Shown piece by piece: positions 28,105 to 37,198 of a stretch of 64,000 bases of DNA. The number at the start of each line of letters is the position of its first letter. The first letter of the stretch is position 1. The stretch comes from Patescibacteria group bacterium UBA6241 (lineage in GTDB: Bacteria > Patescibacteriota > Minisyncoccia > Phycocordibacterales > Phycocordibacteraceae). The notes beneath the pieces were generated by a model. That model was not told the origin of the DNA. It saw only the letters and a list, made by a program, of their open reading frames with translations, and did not search any database. Position numbers and translations under genes: made by a program. The stretch covers positions 105,653-169,652 of the forward strand of contig DJWB01000001.1 in the NCBI GenBank assembly GCA_002441425.1. The letters run 5' to 3'.

Positions 28105-28521
28105 ATGGAGAAAATAGACGAGCAAATTCTACTCACAGAGAGCTTTGATGTGCATCAGGATTGGGAAACCCCAATACCAGGATTTTATATAGTCGCATCG
28201 AGAGATCTCTCCAAAAAGTCTGTCGCAGATTTTACTGACGCTGAATCAGTTGAACTAGCGCTCCTTCTTAAGCGAGTAAGAAAAGCGATGAGTGAAGCTC
28301 TGGGTATAGAGGTTGTGTACTTTTTTGAGAACGAAGATACGGAGCATAGTTTTCATTTCTGGATGTTTCCACGACATGCATGGATGAATCAGTTTGGACC
28401 AAAGGTTCAGTCAATACGGCCAATTATTGAATTCGCTCGACAAACTATGGCAACTCAAGAAACTCTGGCTGAGGTTAAGGAGGCGGCAGAAAAGATGCGA
28501 CTTGTCCTAAAGGAGGGATAA
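28105..28521 (+). CDS. Cassette ORF, hypothetical (138 aa)
   Basis: Starts 22 nt after repeat copy 2; the stop codon abuts repeat copy 3. Confidence 0.45.
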   Translation: MEKIDEQILLTESFDVHQDWETPIPGFYIVASRDLSKKSVADFTDAESVELALLLKRVRKAMSEALGIEVVYFFENEDTEHSFHFWMFPRHAWMNQFGPKVQSIRPIIEFARQTMATQETLAEVKEAAEKMRLVLKEG

Positions 28522-28706
28522 AATAGGTTCCAACATCGTCCCACACAGCCAGCATTATTGACAAGCATGTTTATTGTTTGTATTGTACAAACTTAGTTCT
28601 TTGAACACGTTCGCCACAACGCAGGGCACCCTATTTTTAGGATTCTGTGCGCTGTGGCGAATCTGAGATCAGGTTTGTTTGAACGGCGCTGTAAAACCAC
28701 TCAGCA

Positions 28707-29165
28707 ATGGAGTTTCCTATGAGTGAACAACAGTCCTTCCGCGGTCAGGTGGATCGCATGCTGGGACAAATCGTCACCCACGGTCGCCATCTCGAAGGAT
28801 GGACGTCTGAGGATCGGCAGTGGGTGATCGAATATCCGGTTCCGGCCCTCATACTCTTCGCGAAGGCGGTCAGAGAGCGGGATTCAATTCGGGAACCAAA
28901 GCCCGGTGCGGTCGACCTCCTGATCAAGGACGTCTTCACTGTTGAGAAGGCGGGACAGATTGGATCCACGAGTAATGCCAACGCTCGGGTTCTCAATCTG
29001 ACGGAAGAACGTCCGCTCGGTGCCCTTGGGCCGATCAAGACACTCGGCGAGCTAGCCGGGTACCGAGAGAACGTTTTGAGACACGAGCCTAATATGGGAG
29101 ACCAGACCATCTCCTACATCAAGGCCGTCTTGGCAGAGCATGGTCTCAGTTTAAGTTCGCAATAA
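28707..29165 (+). CDS. Cassette ORF, hypothetical (152 aa), high GC
   Basis: About 57% GC; preceded by a long imperfect inverted repeat at about 28610-28662. Confidence 0.45.
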   Translation: MEFPMSEQQSFRGQVDRMLGQIVTHGRHLEGWTSEDRQWVIEYPVPALILFAKAVRERDSIREPKPGAVDLLIKDVFTVEKAGQIGSTSNANARVLNLTEERPLGALGPIKTLGELAGYRENVLRHEPNMGDQTISYIKAVLAEHGLSLSSQ

Positions 29166-29284
29166 GATCATCATGGGCTGTCTGTTTCCGAAAGGGAATG
29201 GCGGCCCTTTTACTTAATAAAAGTTCCAACATCGTCCCACACACCCAGCTATAAAAAAACCGCCCACGGCTCTTGAGGCGGTTG

Positions 29285-29626
29285 TTACGGCTTGGTCAGT
29301 TCTTCAAGAACGATATCGAGGACCGTTGTTCTCAGCCATTTCTCGAAAGTGGCTGGGTTAAAAAGGTAAGTCGGTTCTATATTGCCGGGCTCGATCTTCC
29401 TTGAAATGGTTGTTCGTGTCCAGATACCCATCATGCCGTTGGCAGGGAAGTAAACCAGAGATAAACAGAACCAAGGATGTCCTTCCCTTGTTCCCTCTAT
29501 GTCATACCGGAGGTAGTACTTTTCCTTTTCGTTACCGGACTCTATCTCAACATCGCAACATAGAGGCTCTGCGAAGTGAGACAAAATAGTCAGAAGCGAG
29601 TCAGGACCTTCAAGATCTGTCGTCAT
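29285..29626 (-). CDS. Inverted cassette ORF, hypothetical (about 113 aa from MTTDLEG), with its own terminator
   Basis: Minus-strand ORF between repeat copies 4 and 5. Perfect minus-strand terminator AACCGCCTCAAGAGCCGTGGGCGGTTTTTTTA at 29253-29284. Confidence 0.45.
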   Translation of the reverse strand: MTTDLEGPDSLLTILSHFAEPLCCDVEIESGNEKEKYYLRYDIEGTREGHPWFCLSLVYFPANGMMGIWTRTTISRKIEPGNIEPTYLFNPATFEKWLRTTVLDIVLEELTKP

Positions 29627-29724
29627 GTGCGACTCCTGTAGCGAATCTAGACAGAACCTACCACATGCTGAAGAAAGGTTCCAACATCGTCCCACACAGC
29701 CAGCAGAGGTTGTATAATAGTTGC

Positions 29725-30120
29725 ATGAAGAATTCTTTTGGAATGAGGCCTCCTGCTAGGAACGAGCGCCCAGTTTCTGAAGCAAGAGAAATAACCCCAG
29801 CCCAGGTTCCTGATTTCGTTAAATCAGAGTTTAAGAGACTGAGAGATCAAATACTCCAAGAATCCGATGGCGCAGAACTGAAGGATAAGAAAGGATTGGT
29901 GGAGAATCTAGAAGATGGGGTCGAGCGTTATATTTTAGTTAATGAATTGCGAGACTCAGATACCCGGGCACATACTCAAGCCAGCCCATTTATGAATTTG
30001 ACTCCAAGCGGAACGTATAAGGAAATACACATGATTGTGGACGTAAAGAACGGAACTATAACTAAGTCCGAAATGAATAGAAACCCCGATCCCTCATGGT
30101 TCTCTATGAGGTATAGCTAA
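29725..30120 (+). CDS. Cassette ORF, hypothetical (131 aa)
   Basis: ATG at 29725, 21 nt after repeat copy 5; the stop abuts copy 6. Confidence 0.45.
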   Translation: MKNSFGMRPPARNERPVSEAREITPAQVPDFVKSEFKRLRDQILQESDGAELKDKKGLVENLEDGVERYILVNELRDSDTRAHTQASPFMNLTPSGTYKEIHMIVDVKNGTITKSEMNRNPDPSWFSMRYS

Positions 30121-30172
30121 GAAGGTTCCAACATCGTCCCACACAGCCAGCAACGAATGCTACACTTTTGTC

Positions 30173-30631
30173 ATGCGAACTGTTGAACGAGAGATCGCCT
30201 CTGCGCTCATCTTCTCAAAAGACGGGAAGCTCCTGCAGGTTAAGAATGCTGAACCTGTGCACGGAGTGTATGGAGAATGTTGGGTTATACCTGGCGGCGG
30301 TCTCGAAGAGGGAGAGACAGTGGAAGAGGCCGTGGTACGCGAAGTGATGGAGGAAGTCGGTCTAGATATCTCTTCTTCTCCGAAGGAATTAGTATGGACA
30401 GGCAACGGGGAATCGACCCGGATCCTCAAAGATACGGGCGAGGAGGTGCTCGTAAAGATGCGCTTCAACAACTTTAAAGTTCAGCTTGAAGAGAACGCAG
30501 AAGATATCCAGCTTACGTTTGGTGACGAACACCATGTGCATATATGGACCGATGTATCTGAGCTGAAGAACATGAGCCTCTCTCGACCATCTATAGAATG
30601 CCTGACTGAGCTTGGTTATTTACCGAGCTGA
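30173..30631 (+). CDS. Cassette ORF, NUDIX hydrolase
   Basis: NUDIX box GGGLEEGETVEEAVVREVMEEVGL (G-x5-E-x7-REUxEExGU). Confidence 0.8.
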   Translation: MRTVEREIASALIFSKDGKLLQVKNAEPVHGVYGECWVIPGGGLEEGETVEEAVVREVMEEVGLDISSSPKELVWTGNGESTRILKDTGEEVLVKMRFNNFKVQLEENAEDIQLTFGDEHHVHIWTDVSELKNMSLSRPSIECLTELGYLPS

Positions 30632-30685
30632 TTCTGGTTCCAACATCGTCCCAGACTGCCAGCCATCTATGTTAGGATTGGTTGA

Positions 30686-31018
30686 ATGAATAAGAATGGA
30701 TCGACTCGAGCTTGGTTCGTCATGTTTAGTCTGACAGCTATTGCTCTTGCAATCCCTCTCACAAATCTCAGCCTCTTACTTTCTGGAATATATAACGAGC
30801 CCGGGTATTCAGATGGAACTGTTTCGAGCCCAACCGAGATAGCATTCCTAACTGTTGCCATACTCGTGCCAATTGGAGTGACGGTTAGTGTGATTATGAC
30901 TCAGTGGAAGCGCTCTGTGGCATGGGGTGTGCTTGGTGTAATGATCTCATTTGCTCCTGTGCTTCTAGCAGCAATTATTGCGGCCGCTGCTATCATCTCT
31001 CGGGCTCTGTTCTCTTGA
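30686..31018 (+). CDS. Cassette ORF, small membrane protein (110 aa)
   Basis: Three predicted TM helices; terminates with TGA at 31016-31018, directly before repeat copy 8. Confidence 0.5.
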   Translation: MNKNGSTRAWFVMFSLTAIALAIPLTNLSLLLSGIYNEPGYSDGTVSSPTEIAFLTVAILVPIGVTVSVIMTQWKRSVAWGVLGVMISFAPVLLAAIIAAAAIISRALFS

Positions 31019-31119
31019 GTGTAAGGGTTTCAACATCGTCCCACACCCCCAGCCTGTAAGAGAAAACCCGCCAACAACTAAGAGACGGGAATCTCATTGT
31101 TGCAGCGGGTCGCGTTTGT

Positions 31120-31503
31120 TTAGTAGATATGAGGTGCGACGAAATAGCGGATGGACACGCGGCCTTGCTCGCCCGGTTCGTCGATCGTGATGATGACGTT
31201 GTCTTTCCAGACAGAGCGCAGCACCTCAACTGCTGCCGCAACCTGTTTGTAGTTGCGGAGGCCAGGGAGGTTGTAGCCGTAGCGGTCTGAGTACTTTCCG
31301 TACATCAAAAGCACCTCGATGACCTGCTGCTCCCTGACGAATCGGCGCAGGCTGGTGTTCTCTGGAGGAATGGCCTCCAGAAGGGCAGTTGCGAGTCTCG
31401 CTTCAGCCTCAGCCTGATCTTGTCGTTGTCGCTCGAACTCAGAGAGAGTGCGGATTCGATCGCTCAGCGCTGACGCTAAACGAAAAGGATCGAGATTGTT
31501 CAC
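31120..31503 (-). CDS. Inverted cassette ORF, hypothetical (127 aa), elevated GC
   Basis: Minus-strand ORF between repeat copies 8 and 9. Confidence 0.4.
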   Translation of the reverse strand: MNNLDPFRLASALSDRIRTLSEFERQRQDQAEAEARLATALLEAIPPENTSLRRFVREQQVIEVLLMYGKYSDRYGYNLPGLRNYKQVAAAVEVLRSVWKDNVIITIDEPGEQGRVSIRYFVAPHIY

Positions 31504-31627
31504 GGTTCTTCTCCCAATAACCTAGTGAGGAATATACTATTTAAATTCTATTTAGTCAACAGATCCTGCAGAAAGGTTCCAACATCGTCCCAGACAGCAA
31601 ACACTAAAGAATGCCATAATCAGTAAT

Positions 31628-32077
31628 ATGTATTACATATACAAAGAAATGCAGCCAGGCGAACAAGAAATAGTTCGTGGGATGATACATAGTTTTTACG
31701 CAACCGATCCAGATATGGGCGCAATAACAGACGAGAAGATTAATCGTACTTTTAGTGAGTTTTCAAAGCATCCAGAGAAAGGTTTTGTATATGTAATAAA
31801 GGACGACCAACAGATTGTTGGCTACAGCATACTTGTGAACTTTTGGAGCAATGAGGCGGGAGGAAATATCATTGATATTGACGAGTTGTTCGTAGAAGAG
31901 AGCGAGCGAGGAAAGGGAGTGGGAACAAATTTCATTAAGCACATTATAGAAAGTCGTCTGAACGAATGTGTCGCTGTTGAACTAGGGGTCATAGCAGGGA
32001 ATGACAGAGCACAAAGACTTTATGAGCGAATAGGGTTTAGGCTCTCCACTAACCGTCGCCTAATATATGATTTCTAA
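31628..32077 (+). CDS. Cassette ORF, GNAT family N-acetyltransferase
   Basis: Acetyl-CoA binding motif ...ELFVEESERGKGVGTNFIKHII...; 149 aa. Confidence 0.75.
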   Translation: MYYIYKEMQPGEQEIVRGMIHSFYATDPDMGAITDEKINRTFSEFSKHPEKGFVYVIKDDQQIVGYSILVNFWSNEAGGNIIDIDELFVEESERGKGVGTNFIKHIIESRLNECVAVELGVIAGNDRAQRLYERIGFRLSTNRRLIYDF

Positions 32078-32135
32078 CCTGACTAGGTTTCTAACAACGT
32101 CTCAGACTGCCAGCTAATTTTGATACACTTCTTGC

Positions 32136-32810
32136 ATGAATTCTGTACTTATAACTGGAGCAGGCAGAGGAATAGGCAAAGAACTGTCTCTGAGATTTCT
32201 CGGTGCTGGGTATCGGGTGTGGGGAACTACAACATCGGGAGATGCTGATTTCTCGCACGAGAATCTTCAAATGCTACAGCTCGATCTCCGTTCACCAGAG
32301 AGCATAAAGACATGCGTGCAGGAATTAATTAGTTCCGGCGAACGATTCGATATTGCAGTTAACAATGCAGGGGCGCTCCTTGATGAGAACGAAAAGACCC
32401 TCAAGACAGATCTCCTACGCCAAACACTAGAGATAAACCTTATTGGAACTTCGGATTTTACAGAGCAAGTTTTACCTCTTGTGAATAAAGGAGGGCACAT
32501 TGTTATGGTGTCGTCTTCTGCTGGATCAGTTGGAAGGACTGGCAATGTAGTAAGCCGATATCCATCACAGTATCCCGCGTACAAGATCTCAAAGGCTGCA
32601 CTTAACATGTATATGCGTACACTTGCCGTTCGATTGAAGGATAAGGACATTACGGTGTCTTCTGTCCATCCTGGATGGGCCAGGACTGATATGGGAGGTG
32701 AAGAGGCATCAATCTCAGCGGAGGAAGCTGCCGACACTGTTTACAAGGTAGCCATATCTAGACCAGAGACTGGTCACTTCTGGTATTCAGAAGGAGAATT
32801 GCCTTGGTAG
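32136..32810 (+). CDS. Cassette ORF, short-chain dehydrogenase/reductase (SDR)
   Basis: ITGAGRGIGKEL (TGxxxGxG) and the catalytic YPAYKISKAAL (YxxxK). Confidence 0.8.
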   Translation: MNSVLITGAGRGIGKELSLRFLGAGYRVWGTTTSGDADFSHENLQMLQLDLRSPESIKTCVQELISSGERFDIAVNNAGALLDENEKTLKTDLLRQTLEINLIGTSDFTEQVLPLVNKGGHIVMVSSSAGSVGRTGNVVSRYPSQYPAYKISKAALNMYMRTLAVRLKDKDITVSSVHPGWARTDMGGEEASISAEEAADTVYKVAISRPETGHFWYSEGELPW

Positions 32811-32867
32811 AAAGTTCCAACGTCGTTCTAGGCCGTCAGCTCATAAAATTCATGCTAAATTTCTCTC

Positions 32868-33413
32868 ATGATTAAAATCACTTACTTTGTCCACGGAACA
32901 ACTGTAGACAATCAGAATGAGATCTCCTCCGGCTGGTCTGACGCCCCTCTATCCGAGTTAGGTATTCAGCAGTCAAAAGATCTTAAGGAGCAAACTAAGG
33001 ATAAGCATTTTGATGTAGTGTTTTGTTCTGACCTGCAACGCGCTCGCATGTCTGCAGAACTTGCTTGGGGCAGTATGTACGAGATTATTCCCGATGCTCG
33101 TCTTCGTGAATGTAACTATGGCGAGCTGAATGGAAGAGCATCTGAAATTGTAGAGCCGCTGCAAGAGAAGGAAATGCATTTCAAGGCATTTCCGGGTGGG
33201 GAGAGTTATGAGGATGTGAAGAATCGTGTTGCTGACTTCCTTGATTTCCTCAAAGAAAATTATGATGGCAAGCACGTAGCGCTAGTGGGTCATAAGGCAC
33301 CCCAGCTTGCACTTGATGTCCTTATCAAAGGAGTAACCTGGGACGAGGCTCTCGCGAATGATTGGCGTAAGACTAAGTCTTGGAAACCAGGCTGGGAATA
33401 CCAACTAATCTAG
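32868..33413 (+). CDS. Cassette ORF, histidine phosphatase superfamily (PGM-like) protein
   Basis: N-terminal ITYFVHGTT... and an internal VALVGHKAP region; tentative. Confidence 0.5.
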   Translation: MIKITYFVHGTTVDNQNEISSGWSDAPLSELGIQQSKDLKEQTKDKHFDVVFCSDLQRARMSAELAWGSMYEIIPDARLRECNYGELNGRASEIVEPLQEKEMHFKAFPGGESYEDVKNRVADFLDFLKENYDGKHVALVGHKAPQLALDVLIKGVTWDEALANDWRKTKSWKPGWEYQLI

Positions 33414-33472
33414 TTAAACAGGTTCCAACATCGTCCCACACCCCCAGCCAATAAAATTGTTATAGTTTATGT

Positions 33473-34042
33473 ATGACTTATATTCTTCATGGAGGATTTG
33501 AACGGGAAGATAACGAGTTAAATAGAAGCTTCTATCAAGAAGTTCTGAAAGGCGTTTCTGATAATGGAACACTTCTTCTTGTTCACTTTGCTTCAACTCA
33601 CTCTCCAGAAGAGGTGAAAGAAACACACGAACTCCAGGAGAAAAGGATGCAAAGCCTTACGAACAAACATATAAATGTTGAGTTCGCGACCGAAGAAGAT
33701 TTCTTAAATCAAGTGGAGCACGCGGATGCAATTCACATGCGAGGAGGACATACACCGAAATTGCTTTCAGTCCTGAAAAACTATCCGGAACTTGCAGCTA
33801 TGTTCTCAAACAAAACTATTTCTGGATCTTCAGCCGGAGCTTATGCATTGGCAAAATATGGACCCGGGCATTCAGAAGAGGGAATACGTGAAGGTTTGGG
33901 TCTTGTTCCTATTAGATTGGCCTGTCATTACGAAAGTCTAGAGTTACCTCCTGATTCTGAGTCACTTACTGAACTTAAAGCTATGGCGACAGAACTGGAA
34001 CTTGTAACATTGAGAGATTTTGAGTGGCGCGTATTCAATTAA
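33473..34042 (+). CDS. Cassette ORF, peptidase S51 (dipeptidase E)-like protein
   Basis: Nucleophile motif ISGSSAGAYAL (GxSAG) and a flavodoxin-like fold pattern. Confidence 0.5.
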   Translation: MTYILHGGFEREDNELNRSFYQEVLKGVSDNGTLLLVHFASTHSPEEVKETHELQEKRMQSLTNKHINVEFATEEDFLNQVEHADAIHMRGGHTPKLLSVLKNYPELAAMFSNKTISGSSAGAYALAKYGPGHSEEGIREGLGLVPIRLACHYESLELPPDSESLTELKAMATELELVTLRDFEWRVFN

Positions 34043-34093
34043 GGTTCCAACGTCATCTCACACCGCCAACAACTTCATGCTACGGTACTGAGT

Positions 34094-34546
34094 ATGAGAA
34101 GAGTTTCAGTAAGAGGTATCGCCCTACACGAAGGGAAACTTCTGTGCGTTAAATTGAAGCCGTATAACAAGATGGCTGCATCAGGAGGTGATTGGCGATG
34201 TCTTCCGGGAGGAACAGTTGAAGAAGGAGAATCATTGAATGTAGCTCTTATGCGGGAGATGTACGAGGAGACTGGCGTAAGTCCGGAAATAGGGAAACTA
34301 TTGTATGTTCATCAGTTTCTATTTGAGGAAAGTGACCAGCTTGAATTTTTCTTTCATATTGCTAATCCGGGTGACTATCTAGAAATAGACCTAGAGAACA
34401 CAACGCACGGATTACATGAGATCGAGAGTATTGATTTCGTAGACCCAAAAGAAACATTTATTCTCCCTATATTTCTTTCTCAGGAGACTTTAAAGAACCA
34501 AATCGAATCAAATGCACCGGTTAAAATATTTTCCTTTGCAAAGTAG
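34094..34546 (+). CDS. Cassette ORF, NUDIX hydrolase
   Basis: NUDIX box GGTVEEGESLNVALMREMYEETGV. Confidence 0.8.
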   Translation: MRRVSVRGIALHEGKLLCVKLKPYNKMAASGGDWRCLPGGTVEEGESLNVALMREMYEETGVSPEIGKLLYVHQFLFEESDQLEFFFHIANPGDYLEIDLENTTHGLHEIESIDFVDPKETFILPIFLSQETLKNQIESNAPVKIFSFAK

Positions 34547-34589
34547 GTCAGAGGATGGTTAATAAAAAGTTCCAACATCGTCCCAGACT

Positions 34590-34628
34590 GGCAACAAATA
34601 AAAACTGCCTAAAACCTTTCGGTCTTCG
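34590..34628 (+). terminator. Hairpin terminator-like element at the end of the array
   Basis: AAACTGCCTAAAACCTTTCGGTCTTCGGCAGTTTGAG immediately after the last repeat copy. Confidence 0.45.
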
Positions 34629-34958
34629 GCAGTTTGAGAGTTCATTCAGAATTGGCTGCGTCAGCTCTGCGTCGCTCGTCAGTCAATTCATCAAAATTTT
34701 TTGAGCTGAGTCGCCGATAGAGCGCATGCCGCTCATGTGGGTCTCTGTCTACATTGTTGGGGTGATCCAGAATTTCTTCAAGAGTTCTGAATCCTGAAGA
34801 TTGCTCGTGCATGAGATAGGTCTCCCTTCTGGACAGAACCTAACACGGACTGCATATACGTTCGAGCGTCGCCCAATACTACTAGACATGAAAATGGACA
34901 AGGAGCTATTTTATTGTATGGTGCTAGCAGAGAGACAATTAGCCAGGAGGGCTAGCAG

Positions 34959-35708
34959 ATGTACCAACCAACACAGCCGCTACTGTTCTCCTGGATTCAT
35001 GAAGGTGAATACCCGGGAGGAGACTACACCTTTTTACACAGTAATGGCTCATATGTACGAATTGAGGACTGGAAGAAACGGTATAAGGACACAAAGGAGA
35101 AACCGGCTATCCCATTCAGATTCACCGTGCGTGACCGCACATTCATTGGCCACATAACCGACGAATGTCTGGTATCGCGCATAACTGAGTATCTGCAGGA
35201 TTACTACGGTAAGCGTTACACCAACTGCTCCGCGTTCGCTCACTTCCTGACTACCGGCACGTTTATAGAGTGCGACGAAGAACAGAGCCTCGTTGTGCTT
35301 ACGCAGGACATGGCTCAGTACCGAGGCGAGACTATTCGTGTCGGGGATATGCTTTGCGTAATCTATGCGAATGATCGCCTTTGGCGGTCTCGCAAGGTGT
35401 CGCACCGCAAAAGTTACTTGCGTGCCAAGAAGAAACGGAGAGGTACGCACGAGTTCACTCACGGGTTACCTCCAAGAAAGAGGATTCTCTCCGCGAAGGG
35501 TATCCGGGAACTCTGCGCGAGTGTTCTCGCTGATGATTATCACTTTCTTGTCTGCGTCGCTAAAGACGCCGCCGGGCCGGTATGGCTTGCTCAAGGTGGA
35601 CGCTACGCACCGGGTGACGAACCTAGTCCGCTGGTGTTCACGGTGGGGAACAATGATGGATACGATAATGTAGTACCTCTCCTTGCGCTCCTTAAAAGAC
35701 GTAGATGA
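34959..35708 (+). CDS. Hypothetical protein (249 aa) with a basic KKKRRG stretch
   Basis: Coding-like ORF. The overlapping 34801-35157 ORF looks spurious. Confidence 0.4.
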   Translation: MYQPTQPLLFSWIHEGEYPGGDYTFLHSNGSYVRIEDWKKRYKDTKEKPAIPFRFTVRDRTFIGHITDECLVSRITEYLQDYYGKRYTNCSAFAHFLTTGTFIECDEEQSLVVLTQDMAQYRGETIRVGDMLCVIYANDRLWRSRKVSHRKSYLRAKKKRRGTHEFTHGLPPRKRILSAKGIRELCASVLADDYHFLVCVAKDAAGPVWLAQGGRYAPGDEPSPLVFTVGNNDGYDNVVPLLALLKRRR

Positions 35709-35811
35709 TCCCGGCTCTACACTTCAACGCCCGCGGCATTTATGTCGTGGGTGTTTCATTTTAAGTTCAGCATCGCTCCAGGCGGTCAGTTTATGGGTAT
35801 ATACTCTGCAT

Positions 35812-36816
35812 ATGTCAGCAATAGAACTTGTAAGAGTCTCTACTCCGGAAGATTGGGAGCAATATCACAGCATTAGAGAAAAAGTTTTATTTGAGAACAA
35901 GAACCGGTCTTATGATCGGACTCATGCTGATGAACACCGGCCTAACAATGTGCCATTTCTGCTAAAGAAGGACGGACTAGGTATAGCGACCACAAGACTA
36001 GATCTTCGTCCTGACACCCAAGCGGCTATTATCCGTCTAGTTGCTGTAGTTGAGTCTGAGCAACGAAAAGGGTATGGACGTGCTCTACAAGCAAAAATAG
36101 ATGAATATGCACGTTCTCAAGGCGTAAAAAGGCTTCTCGTTAATGCTGCCCCCGATGCTATTGGTTTCTATAAAAAGATCGGTTTTGTGCCGGAATCGTG
36201 GGACCCAGAAGAACTCACAGGAATATCTAAGGATTCCGTTCAGTTGTCTAAAGCATTGTTACCCATGACTGAAAAGGAAATACTTGAGCTAATCAAGAAC
36301 GACGAGTGGATGATGTCTATTCTTAGGGTAGCTCGTAGCCTTAATCTGCCGGATTGGATAATTGGTGCAGGATTCGTAAGAAACAAAGTTTGGGATCATC
36401 TACACGGGTATACGGAACGCACCCCTTTAGCTGATATAGATTTGATTTACTTTGATCCAGCTCATATAGATGAGTCACAAGAAAAAGAGTATGACCAAAG
36501 GCTACATCAATTAGTTGATGTTCAATGGTCTACAAAGAATCAAGCACGCATGCATGTAATAAATGGAAACGCACCATTTACCTCTGCAGAAGACGGATTG
36601 GCGCATTGGATTGAAACTCCAACATGTACTGGAGTAACGTTGCTAGACAACGACACTCTGCAATTAATTGCACCCTACGGGATAGAGGACCTTGTGCACT
36701 TGCGAGTGAGACCAGTTAACCCAGAGAAAGATATTACGCTTTATAGAGAGCGGGTAACAAAAAAGAAATGGAAGGAAACTTGGCCAAGACTAGAAATCTT
36801 AGAGACCAGAGCATAA
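35812..36816 (+). CDS. GNAT acetyltransferase fused to a nucleotidyltransferase-family (NTP_transf_6/DUF925-like) domain
   Basis: N-terminal GNAT (VESEQRKGYGRALQ...GFYKKIGF); C-terminal WIIGAGFVRNKVWDHLHG...DIDLIYFD. ATG at 35812. Confidence 0.55.
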   Translation: MSAIELVRVSTPEDWEQYHSIREKVLFENKNRSYDRTHADEHRPNNVPFLLKKDGLGIATTRLDLRPDTQAAIIRLVAVVESEQRKGYGRALQAKIDEYARSQGVKRLLVNAAPDAIGFYKKIGFVPESWDPEELTGISKDSVQLSKALLPMTEKEILELIKNDEWMMSILRVARSLNLPDWIIGAGFVRNKVWDHLHGYTERTPLADIDLIYFDPAHIDESQEKEYDQRLHQLVDVQWSTKNQARMHVINGNAPFTSAEDGLAHWIETPTCTGVTLLDNDTLQLIAPYGIEDLVHLRVRPVNPEKDITLYRERVTKKKWKETWPRLEILETRA

Positions 36817-36832
36817 TCAGCGAGAACAAACT

Positions 36833-37132
36833 CTACTGCATACTTACTAGTATGAGCATGCTGATTGTTAGCACAGCAAATACCCCTAGTGTCTTTAAAA
36901 AGTAGGACACGGCTTCAGCTCTCCTATTTTCTATAAGCAGTGCAACTGGTTGATAGAAAAACAGGAAGGCCATAACAGCTACAGAGAGCACCAGCAGAGA
37001 AATTACTCCCACGCCGTCTAGAAATGTGTCTGGTGTGTCGTGACGAAGTGATTCAATAAACTGCATAAACAGCGCTATGGCGCTTATATACAGGGCTGCT
37101 GCTACTGCATTCAATACGGGATTCCATTTCAT
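36833..37132 (-). CDS. Small membrane protein (99 aa)
   Basis: Three TM helices. Confidence 0.45.
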   Translation of the reverse strand: MKWNPVLNAVAAALYISAIALFMQFIESLRHDTPDTFLDGVGVISLLVLSVAVMAFLFFYQPVALLIENRRAEAVSYFLKTLGVFAVLTISMLILVSMQ

Positions 37133-37198
37133 ATAACTAGTATAACGGCGCAGCGCCTACCTTAGTTGCTTGCTGCTTGGCCGCGATATACTACACGC

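Larger units (their letters stand above)
27204..34595 (+). repeat. Array of 14 co-oriented ~29-bp direct repeats (cassette-junction repeats; integron/CALIN-like, not CRISPR)
   Basis: Copies at 27204-27232, 28056-28083, 28526-28553, 29222-29249, 29677-29704, 30124-30151, 30636-30663, 31026-31053, 31575-31602, 32086-32114 (degenerate), 32813-32840 (degenerate), 33421-33449, 34042-34068 (degenerate), 34569-34595. Consensus AAGGTTCCAACATCGTCCCA(C/G)AC(A/T)(G/C)CCAGC. Spacing is 390-852 bp, and each interval contains 1-2 ORFs. Confidence 0.9.

Noticed and set aside
27204-34595. CRISPR array
   Set aside because: The repeats are direct and regularly oriented, but the 'spacers' are 360-820 bp and contain complete protein-coding genes. 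There are no cas genes nearby and the repeat is not palindromic.
34801-35157. 118-aa ORF upstream of and overlapping the 34959-35708 gene
   Set aside because: Its composition looks non-coding, it overlaps a better ORF in another frame and it has no start-site signals. It is probably spurious.
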